Positions 1-7,395 of a stretch of 64,000 nt of DNA are shown in pieces (position 1 is the first letter of the stretch; the number at the start of each line of letters is the position of its first letter). A program made the position numbers and the translations under genes. The DNA lies in contig CALVBS010000003.1 of NCBI GenBank assembly GCA_944325865.1, positions 11,223 through 75,222 of the forward strand. The letters are read 5' to 3'. Origin of the DNA: Candidatus Gastranaerophilales bacterium (GTDB lineage Bacteria > Cyanobacteriota > Vampirovibrionia > Gastranaerophilales > Gastranaerophilaceae). The notes below the pieces were generated by a model, which saw only the letters and a list, made by a program, of their open reading frames with translations, made no database searches and was not told the DNA's origin.

Positions 1-18
1 GTTTGAAAAAGGGGTTTG

Positions 19-1374
19 ATGATGGAAAAATATATAGAAAGAGTTCTTAATTCTGTAAAGGAAAAAGATAAATATGAAAAAGAATTTTTGCAGGCTGTAG
101 ATGAAGTTTATACCTCGTTAGATTCTGTTATAAAACTGCATCCGGAATTTGAAAAGTTTGCAATTCTTGAAAGAATGGCAGAACCTGAAAGGTTCATTTC
201 ATTCAGGGTTCCATGGGTGGATGATAGGGGAAATATTGTTGTAAACCGAGGTTACAGGGTACAGTTCAGTAGTTTAATAGGGCCTTATAAAGGCGGATTA
301 AGATTCCATGAAAGCGTAAATCAGAGTATTATAAAGTTTCTCGGATTTGAACAAGTTTTTAAGAACGCATTGACGGGGCTTCCTATCGGCGGCGGCAAGG
401 GCGGAAGTGATTTTAACCCGAAAGGTAAGTCGGATAATGAAATAATGCGATTTTGTCAGAGTTTTATGACTGAACTGCAGCACCATATCGGACAGGATGT
501 GGATGTTCCTGCAGGGGATATCGGTGTCGGAGCACGAGAAATCGGATATTTGTTCGGACAGTATAAAAGAATTAAAGATGCATATGAAGGCGGAGTTTTG
601 ACCGGAAAAGGCCTGTCTTACGGAGGTTCTCTTGCAAGAACGGAGGCAACGGGATACGGCTTGATTTATTTTATGCAGGAAATGCTTAAAAATAATTGTG
701 ACCAAACTTTTGCGGAAAAAACAGTTACAATCTCAGGTTCCGGTAATGTTGCTATTTATGCAGCAGAAAAAGTCCTGCAGCTTGGTGCAAAAGTTATTGC
801 AATGAGTGATTCAAACGGATGTATTTATGATGAAGACGGTATTGACCTAGGGCTTATAAAGGAAATTAAAGAGGTAAGACGCGGGCGTATAAAAGAATAT
901 ATTGAAAGGAATCCTTCAGCAAAATATTTTGAGTCAAAGGATGGTAATTTTCCTATATGGGATATAAAAACCGATATTGCATTACCTTGTGCTACACAGA
1001 ATGAACTCAATCTTGATTCCGCTAAAAAACTTGTTGCAAATGGTGTTATTGCAATAGGAGAGGGTGCAAATATGCCTACATGCAAGGATGCAATAGAATA
1101 TTTCCTTGCAAATAATGTGCTTGTGGCTCCTGCAAAAGCCGCAAACGCCGGCGGTGTTGCGACTTCAGCAATAGAAATGAGCCAGAACAGCATGAGATAT
1201 TATTATACTTTTGAGGAAGTTGATGCAAAGCTTGAGAGTATTATGAAAAATATATTTTATTCATGCAAGAATGCTGCTGAAAAATACAATTTAGGCAGAA
1301 ACTACGTAGCAGGTGCGAATATTGCTGCATTTTTAAAGCTTGCTCAGGCAATGATTGAACAGGGTGTTGTCTAA
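19..1374 (+). CDS. gdhA: NADP-specific glutamate dehydrogenase
   Basis: About 450-aa ORF with Glu/Leu/Phe/Val dehydrogenase hallmarks (LPIGGGKGGSDFNPKG Lys-Gly box, GSGNVA Rossmann motif). TTG16, ATG19 and ATG22 all follow an AAAAGGGG SD; ATG19 chosen. Confidence 0.95.
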   Translation: MMEKYIERVLNSVKEKDKYEKEFLQAVDEVYTSLDSVIKLHPEFEKFAILERMAEPERFISFRVPWVDDRGNIVVNRGYRVQFSSLIGPYKGGLRFHESVNQSIIKFLGFEQVFKNALTGLPIGGGKGGSDFNPKGKSDNEIMRFCQSFMTELQHHIGQDVDVPAGDIGVGAREIGYLFGQYKRIKDAYEGGVLTGKGLSYGGSLARTEATGYGLIYFMQEMLKNNCDQTFAEKTVTISGSGNVAIYAAEKVLQLGAKVIAMSDSNGCIYDEDGIDLGLIKEIKEVRRGRIKEYIERNPSAKYFESKDGNFPIWDIKTDIALPCATQNELNLDSAKKLVANGVIAIGEGANMPTCKDAIEYFLANNVLVAPAKAANAGGVATSAIEMSQNSMRYYYTFEEVDAKLESIMKNIFYSCKNAAEKYNLGRNYVAGANIAAFLKLAQAMIEQGVV

Positions 1375-2246
1375 TCTGAACATTTTTTACAGCACTGTTC
1401 GGGTTTTCCGAAAATTAGGCGGAATCCTCCGAAGCGTTTTTTCATTGTGCAGTTAACTCCGTTTGTAATTTCTTTCACATCCTGAGTTATTGAATTTACA
1501 TTATCCATTGTTTGTGTCAGACCGCGGGTTGCACAATCAATGCTGTGTGTCATGTTTTCAAGATTTTTAGTTGTCTGTTCAAGATTATCCATTGTTGAAT
1601 CCAAAGTTTTTTGATTAACGGAGTTATTGACTTTAATTGTAGTGTCCGATAAACTTTGACTCATATTTGAAAGATTTTTTGTTGTGAGTCTTATGTTTGC
1701 TTCGTTTGATTTAATTGTCTGTCTTAAATCCTGCAGCAATCCGTCTGCCTGTACAACGGTTTTATTTACGGATTCAGTGATTTCTCCCAGATTATCTATT
1801 ACAATATCCAGCGAACCGCTTTCTGCGTGTTTCCTGAAAAGACTTTCCCAGTTTGCGGAGGAGTTTCCTTTGATAACGTCACCGTTTTTTAATAGTGTTG
1901 TTGAGGCCAGTTCAGGTAAGTCTATTTCCACATAATCAAAGTCATCTTTGAATGTTCTCACCTGTGCTTTTATGTTTTTGGGAAGTTTTAAATCTTTGGG
2001 GTATAACGCTATATGCATTCTTGTTGCGGTGTAGTCATTCACCGGCACGATTTTTGTTACTTTTCCTATTTTAAAACCTTTGAAATATACAGGCATGTGA
2101 GCAGAAAACGGTTCAAGTTCCGTGAATTCCGCCTCAATTCTTGTGTAAGTGGCTTCTTTATATAAAAAGATTGCAAGCCAGATTAAAGCCGCAATTAATA
2201 CTGCTAACATTAAAAATGACAATACGTTTATAACCAGTTTTTTCAT
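1371..2246 (-). CDS. MlaD/MCE-family envelope lipid-transport protein
   Basis: 291 aa. N-terminal TM helix, Mce/MlaD-like beta domain (MPVYFKGFKIGKVTKIVP), long N/T/Q-rich helical tail. Confidence 0.7.
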   Translation of the reverse strand: MKKLVINVLSFLMLAVLIAALIWLAIFLYKEATYTRIEAEFTELEPFSAHMPVYFKGFKIGKVTKIVPVNDYTATRMHIALYPKDLKLPKNIKAQVRTFKDDFDYVEIDLPELASTTLLKNGDVIKGNSSANWESLFRKHAESGSLDIVIDNLGEITESVNKTVVQADGLLQDLRQTIKSNEANIRLTTKNLSNMSQSLSDTTIKVNNSVNQKTLDSTMDNLEQTTKNLENMTHSIDCATRGLTQTMDNVNSITQDVKEITNGVNCTMKKRFGGFRLIFGKPEQCCKKCSD

Positions 2247-2336
2247 AGCAGTATGATAATAAAATTGATTGATTATTTTTACATTGTCTGAAATGCCAAT
2301 TTATTACGGTATAGTTTGTTAATACCAATAAATAAA

Positions 2337-2666
2337 CTAATATGAAACTTTGTAAGGGTAATCATCCGGTATCTTCCAGTTATTCATTTGAATTAATGCA
2401 GTACAATATTCAGGAAGCCCATTCTTGCAGCGGCTATCTATAAATTCTTTTGAGCCATCCCAGTTAAACTTATAAGGTTCAAATCCTTTTCCTAGCAGAT
2501 ACCTGTATTGGTTTCTGTTAGGATCTTCTGTTTCTGGTACATACATAAATGCAAAAGCACATTTCCCGCGGGCATTTTCTTCCGAACCATATTGTTTAAT
2601 ACATTTTGAAGGATACGATGAGTAAAATATCCAGTCTCTTAATGCAAAATCCTGTGATGATGCTAA
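2337..2666 (-). pseudogene. Truncated remnant of a prepilin-type (pseudopilin-like) gene; C-terminal part only
   Basis: The frame is open from the stop at 2667-2669 down to 2337, but the only start codon is ATG2546. The C-terminus (FEPYKFNWDGS...LIQMNNWKIPDDYP) matches the C-terminus of the full-length pilin-like protein at 31700..32407 (VEPYVFNWNGN...LIQLNNWEIPDDYPW). The FTLAEV leader and TM region are missing. Confidence 0.5.
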
Positions 2667-3631
2667 TTAATGAAGCTTATTTCATAGTATCCGTTATTAA
2701 TATAGAATTTCATTTTAACGGTTTCTCCTCTGTAATTTTGCGGAGGAGGATTGAACACAGGAAGTTTCATCAACATTAAATAAACTTGATCATTAACACT
2801 TTTATTTGTTGATTGATAAATGAATTTTCTGTTAAGAAGTTTACCGTTTGCATCAAATGAAAAGGATATTGCACAATCGCCTTCTCCTGTTATTTTGACT
2901 ACATCCAGTTTGCTTAGCAAAGCATATCTGAGTGAATTTTTATAACGATCCCATTCTCCGCTGTCCATTCTTGCTACCGGTTTTGGAGCGGGAGTGATAT
3001 TTTGTTTGGGTTTAATAGCTGATGCTTGGGAATTTTGAGGTTGCTGTTGTTTTTTTACAGGTGCAGGTGTTTGTATTTTTTGTTCGGATTGTTTATTTTG
3101 TTCACTTTTCTGCTCTGTCTGTTTCGTTTTTGGCGGAGTTTTTACCTGTTGCGGTTTAGAATTCTGGTGCTGTGTTGTTATATTTTGTTTTGGCTTCTGT
3201 ATCGCTTTTGGCTGTGGTGCTGTTTGTGATTTTTGCTGTGGTTTTTGGGCTTCAGGTGAAAACCAGTTTTTTATAATTTGTTTAGGTTTTTCATAAACGG
3301 TAATAATATTCCTCTCTTCTTTTGTAGGCTGGTTTTTCGGAGGTGTTGAATCCCAGATTTCATCAATATCCGGAATTTGAATTGAAGTTTTTTCTTTTGT
3401 AATACTTTTTTGTACAGTTTTTTGCTCAGGTGTTTTGCTGCCTGTTTCCCAGACTAAAAAAGAGAGAAGAATGCAAATTATAAAGATTACTGCCGATAAA
3501 ACTTGTTTCGTCGGGAATGCTTTTAATGGTTTTTCTTTGATGTCTTCAATATATGTAAATGTGTCGTTTCCGCAATCGCAGTAGTCGGGTTTTATTTTAT
3601 ATTCAGCATTACAAATATCACATCTGTACAT
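2663..3631 (-). CDS. Zinc-ribbon / TM / Q-P-K-rich spacer / TonB C-terminal-like domain protein
   Basis: 322 aa. N-terminal CDIC...CDCG zinc ribbon, one TM helix, ~150-aa Pro/Gln/Lys-rich spacer, C-terminal ~90 aa with TonB_C-like pattern (GEGDCAISFSFDANGKL...VKMKF). The start shares one base with the upstream stop (TAATG). Confidence 0.5.
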   Translation of the reverse strand: MYRCDICNAEYKIKPDYCDCGNDTFTYIEDIKEKPLKAFPTKQVLSAVIFIICILLSFLVWETGSKTPEQKTVQKSITKEKTSIQIPDIDEIWDSTPPKNQPTKEERNIITVYEKPKQIIKNWFSPEAQKPQQKSQTAPQPKAIQKPKQNITTQHQNSKPQQVKTPPKTKQTEQKSEQNKQSEQKIQTPAPVKKQQQPQNSQASAIKPKQNITPAPKPVARMDSGEWDRYKNSLRYALLSKLDVVKITGEGDCAISFSFDANGKLLNRKFIYQSTNKSVNDQVYLMLMKLPVFNPPPQNYRGETVKMKFYINNGYYEISFIN

Positions 3632-4545
3632 TAATTTGTGACCCTTTCAATATCGGAATAATCATTCGGAGTTGTGTATCTGTCCTGATTGGATACTACA
3701 AATCCTCCTGCAACATTTGTGGTAATTCTTTTTGTTCCGGCCGGAAAGTTCAGGATAGGTTTTCCCTGATAGCTTAATAAAAGCGGTTTAAGTGCCTGAA
3801 CGGCATAGTTTGTATATCCCGGAGTATCTGACCAGACTCTGAGATTTGATATCTGTCCGAACTTGTTTACAGTAAAAGAAAATCTGAAAACTGTTCCGTG
3901 CGGTGCCGCAATTCTGGAATCCCGCATAACTTTGTTTTGCAAATCGCTTCTCCATTTGTTCCAGACTATTAGCTCTTCTTCTTCTGTCAGAACCGGTGTA
4001 CTTTGGACTTGAACCGGTTTCGGCTTTTGAACAACTTGAGGTTTCGGTTTTTCAACCTGTTTTTCAACCGGCTTTTGCTGTACCGGCGGCGTTTGTTTCT
4101 GTACTATTTTTTCAGGTTCGGACTGAGCGGTTTGTTTGTTGTTTACTATATCCATTATGGATTTTGGCAGTTCATATTTTTGTGATTGTTTCTGCTGTTG
4201 AGCGGGTGGTGTTTGGGTTTTTACTGTTTGTTTGTTAGTTTGTGAGGGTGTATTTATTTTTTTTATTGTCTGTTCCTGATGTTGCGGTTTTATGTTTTGA
4301 GTTTTAATTGTTTGATTTTGAACGGTTTCTGTCTGTGGTTGAAATTGTATATTTTCGATTTCTTCATATTGCTCAACATGTACGATTTGAGTTTCATCTT
4401 CTGCCGTTTTTTCAGGAAGATTTTCTACAACAGCCTGAGAATGAGAAAATGCAAATTGTTTATGCAAGCCAGGTTTCATAACCAGTATTGCCGTGGTTAA
4501 CAGTGCATATATTATTATCAATGAAATAATCAGTTTGTTGTTCAT
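3631..4545 (-). CDS. TM / Q-P-K-rich spacer / TonB C-terminal-like domain protein
   Basis: 304 aa. N-terminal TM helix, Gln/Pro/Lys-rich spacer, C-terminal TonB_C-like segment (HGTVFRFSFTVNKFGQISNLRVW...ILNFPAG). ATGA overlap with the upstream gene. Confidence 0.5.
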   Translation of the reverse strand: MNNKLIISLIIIYALLTTAILVMKPGLHKQFAFSHSQAVVENLPEKTAEDETQIVHVEQYEEIENIQFQPQTETVQNQTIKTQNIKPQHQEQTIKKINTPSQTNKQTVKTQTPPAQQQKQSQKYELPKSIMDIVNNKQTAQSEPEKIVQKQTPPVQQKPVEKQVEKPKPQVVQKPKPVQVQSTPVLTEEEELIVWNKWRSDLQNKVMRDSRIAAPHGTVFRFSFTVNKFGQISNLRVWSDTPGYTNYAVQALKPLLLSYQGKPILNFPAGTKRITTNVAGGFVVSNQDRYTTPNDYSDIERVTN

Positions 4546-5660
4546 AAGCTTGTATAAGGCTGTACTGTCATTGGTTCAGCCAGCATAATCTGGAGAGTTG
4601 TACCTTCCGGAACGTCAATATCCTCTCCTTTAGTTCCGAGTGCGGATACTGTGCCTAAAGCACCGCCGACAGCAGCACCTCCTATGAGTGATTTTACATC
4701 AGCTCCAAAAAGTAATGCAAGCGATGCAATAGCTACTCCGCCAAGCACACCTCCTGCAACTCTTTTGGCAATATTTGCAGCTCGTGATGAGTCTCCTACA
4801 ATGTAAACCTTATTTGTTGAAAGGTTTATTACTTTTCCGTCAGGTGTCAGAATCTGGTTGAAATTTATGCCTATTCTTCCGTTACCCATAGCAAATGTAG
4901 CAGGTCTTGAATCGATTACGTTCCCGTTAACAATACTACCCGCAGGTGCTATAACAACTCCGTTAAACATCCAGTCTTCCATAAGTTGTGCGGAAATTCT
5001 GTCGTTGTTTGAAATACTTTCCGAACTTATTCCTGAACTTAAAACTGCATTAAATTGTGTTCCGGCTTCTATATGTACAAGCGAACCAACAAGAACGTTA
5101 GTAGGTGTAATCTGTATTGGCTGCTGGGGAACACGTGCGATTTGTCCGTTGTCAAAGCGTTGCTGTGCTTCATCGCTGAAATCGTATTCTTCATATTGCG
5201 GCGGAGTCTGCTGCTGAGCTGCTTGATACTGTGAATTGTTTGATGAAACTGTTCTTATACTGCTCTTACTTTTAGCTAAGAAATCGGTTGCATCATTATA
5301 AAATAAGTCCAGAAACGCACTGCCTCTTATTCTTTTGTAGTCATACCCGTAGTCGTCCAGTATGGTTAAAAGTTCTTTATTCAATGATTGATTTTCGTTT
5401 GAAAGGTAATAATAATAGCAGTTATCTCCGTTTGGTTTAAGAACTATTATATTAAAAAGATTTTGTGCGGGATTTTCGTATATCTGATAATAATTTTGTT
5501 CTATAAGATTGTAGCCTATTTTGTTGAAAGCAGGTTTGAATAAAGTTTTTATCTGCTGAGAGTTCGCGTTTTCAATCAGATACAATCTTGCGACTTCTGC
5601 TGCCGTAGCGTTCTCAAATCCGAATATTAGAAATAAAAATACACATAAAATTTTTTTCAT
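4542..5660 (-). CDS. Secreted TrbI/VirB10-like beta-domain protein with glycine-zipper segment
   Basis: 372 aa. Signal peptide and Q-rich linker. The segment IEAGTQFNAVLSSGISS...VIAPAGSIVNGNVI...GRIGINFNQILTPDGKVINL follows the TrbI/VirB10 C-terminal pattern. Gly-rich hydrophobic stretch near the end. Paralog at 35183..36115. Confidence 0.45.
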   Translation of the reverse strand: MKKILCVFLFLIFGFENATAAEVARLYLIENANSQQIKTLFKPAFNKIGYNLIEQNYYQIYENPAQNLFNIIVLKPNGDNCYYYYLSNENQSLNKELLTILDDYGYDYKRIRGSAFLDLFYNDATDFLAKSKSSIRTVSSNNSQYQAAQQQTPPQYEEYDFSDEAQQRFDNGQIARVPQQPIQITPTNVLVGSLVHIEAGTQFNAVLSSGISSESISNNDRISAQLMEDWMFNGVVIAPAGSIVNGNVIDSRPATFAMGNGRIGINFNQILTPDGKVINLSTNKVYIVGDSSRAANIAKRVAGGVLGGVAIASLALLFGADVKSLIGGAAVGGALGTVSALGTKGEDIDVPEGTTLQIMLAEPMTVQPYTSL

Positions 5661-5753
5661 AACAGACCCGCTTTATGATGATATTATACTTACGGAAGAA
5701 GTTTTTGTAAACAGGATTTGCATTTAATTATATAAAAATATATAATTTAATTT

Positions 5754-6590
5754 ATGAAGATTAAGGTTATAATTGTCTCTTTAGCTATATGTATATTTTT
5801 TGCCGGATTGTTGCCTGTCTTCGCCAAAAAAGAAAAAGCAACCGTATATAAGCAGAGTGATTTGGTGAAACAGCAGGTAAATGTATATACTCCCGGAGCT
5901 TACCAAAACGGAAATCTTGTACAATCCGGTCTCGGTATAAGCGGGGATGTTATTGAACTTGTAGTTGATTATTCTGGCAGTATGGATCGATGGATTAAGC
6001 TTGCGGTCTCGACATTGAAAAGTATATTGCCGAAAATTTCTCCTGAAACAAATGTGGGTTTAAGAGTTTTCGGGCAGGACACAGGACAGCCTTTTGTTGC
6101 TGTAATGTTTACGGGTTGTCAGGCAACTGAGCAGATTGTCCGTCCTGCAAAACAAAATACCGCAGAAGTTATCCGCGGGCTTAACAAGTCAAAGATAGGT
6201 TACTCCACTCCGTTGACTTATGCTTTAAAAAGAACTGTTTACGGAGATTTTTCAGGAATTTCTCATAATACAAAGAAAAAAATTGTTCTTGTAACTGATG
6301 GCGGTGAATCCTGCAACGGCGATCCCTGTGAGTTTATTCGTTCAATAGCGGCTCTCCGTAAAGATATAATAGTTGATGTTATTATGGTTAACGGTTCAAA
6401 TTCTTTGAAATGTCTCTCAGATGCAACTGGCGGTAGATATTATAATATAAATAATGCTCAGGATTTCGGAACTGCAATGGGTGTCTCTTTTGAAACACTG
6501 CCGGAAAATGCTTTTAAAAATACCAATCAAAATAATAATGTTCAAACTCAAGGTATCGGTGACGGTTATCACTATGAATATGTACCGTAA
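5754..6590 (+). CDS. Secreted von Willebrand factor type A (VWA) domain protein
   Basis: 278 aa. Signal peptide, MIDAS-like VVDYSGSM, later IVLVTDGGES. Confidence 0.8.
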   Translation: MKIKVIIVSLAICIFFAGLLPVFAKKEKATVYKQSDLVKQQVNVYTPGAYQNGNLVQSGLGISGDVIELVVDYSGSMDRWIKLAVSTLKSILPKISPETNVGLRVFGQDTGQPFVAVMFTGCQATEQIVRPAKQNTAEVIRGLNKSKIGYSTPLTYALKRTVYGDFSGISHNTKKKIVLVTDGGESCNGDPCEFIRSIAALRKDIIVDVIMVNGSNSLKCLSDATGGRYYNINNAQDFGTAMGVSFETLPENAFKNTNQNNNVQTQGIGDGYHYEYVP

Positions 6591-6602
6591 GGAGTAGTTC
6601 AG

Positions 6603-7022
6603 ATGAGGGAGTGTGAAGATTTAAAAGATTTTGTGAATGAATTAAGATTTCAGGTAAGAGGTGTTGTGCCTGAAGAACTTAAATCTGAAGAAAAATACAT
6701 ACTGGATATGGTTTATACTATGTCTAAACTTTGTGCAGAAAATGTTTCAAAAGAGGATAATCTGAGTGTACTGCTTTGTAAATGTATTATCCGGATGGTT
6801 GCGGAAATGACGTTTCATAAAACGGTTGCTTTGCTGGAAGCAAATGTTCCTAAAGAGTATCATGAGACTGTGTTGCATCATATCAATTATCATATTTATA
6901 ACTATTTAGGTAATTTTTATTCAGATCCTATCAATGATGTTGTTATAAAACTGGTTTGTGATCTTGTTGATGTTGAATACAATAAGGCATTGGATAATCT
7001 TTTTGAAAAAAAAGTAATTTAG
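6603..7022 (+). CDS. Hypothetical helical cytoplasmic protein, coupled to the VWA gene
   Basis: 139-aa ORF, AAGGAG SD, 12 nt after the VWA stop. No recognisable domain. Confidence 0.55.
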   Translation: MRECEDLKDFVNELRFQVRGVVPEELKSEEKYILDMVYTMSKLCAENVSKEDNLSVLLCKCIIRMVAEMTFHKTVALLEANVPKEYHETVLHHINYHIYNYLGNFYSDPINDVVIKLVCDLVDVEYNKALDNLFEKKVI

Positions 7023-7043
7023 AGTAGAGTTTATGAAAAAGCC

Positions 7044-7274
7044 GTGGCTGCCGGCAAAGATGTTTATGTCGTGCCCGTATCGATTTTTGATGTCTTAAAG
7101 TCGTCACCTTATGTTTCTTTTGCTTATATTATTTCATTGCCTGTTATATTTATTTCTGCTCTTATCTGCTTTTTGCATAGCGATATGATTATCGGCACGA
7201 TTTTTCTTGTTATATTTATACTTTTACTGGCAAGATTTTTGACAAGGGAGAATGATATTGTCCTGAAACCGTAA
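7044..7274 (+). CDS. Hypothetical small membrane protein (two TM helices)
   Basis: 76-aa ORF with GTG start, same strand and immediately after 6603..7022. Hydrophobic. Confidence 0.3.
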   Translation: MAAGKDVYVVPVSIFDVLKSSPYVSFAYIISLPVIFISALICFLHSDMIIGTIFLVIFILLLARFLTRENDIVLKP

Positions 7275-7328
7275 GCCTTATCAAGCTGTTTGGGCTTTTG
7301 AATTGTTTGTTGATTAATTGTTACAATG

Positions 7329-7357
7329 TTGTTTTAAATTTTTTATTAGTTTATAAT
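7329..7357 (+). promoter_or_regulatory. Candidate sigma70-type promoter for the pyrophosphatase gene
   Basis: TTGTTT, 17-nt spacer, TATAAT, about 40 nt upstream of ATG7396. AT-rich background makes this weak evidence. Confidence 0.3.
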
Positions 7358-7395
7358 AAAATCGTTAATTTTTAGTTTTTATGAAGGGAGATATT

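Noticed and set aside
298-1193. Antisense ORFs 298..705 and 825..1193 inside gdhA
   Set aside because: They lie entirely within a well-supported, conserved gene on the other strand. They have no SD and their translations look low-complexity or unnatural. These are typical shadow ORFs. The same reasoning applies to most other short antisense ORFs in the track (for example 1684..1935, 3026..3229, 3996..4238, 4858..5217, 29039..29446, 36313..36498).
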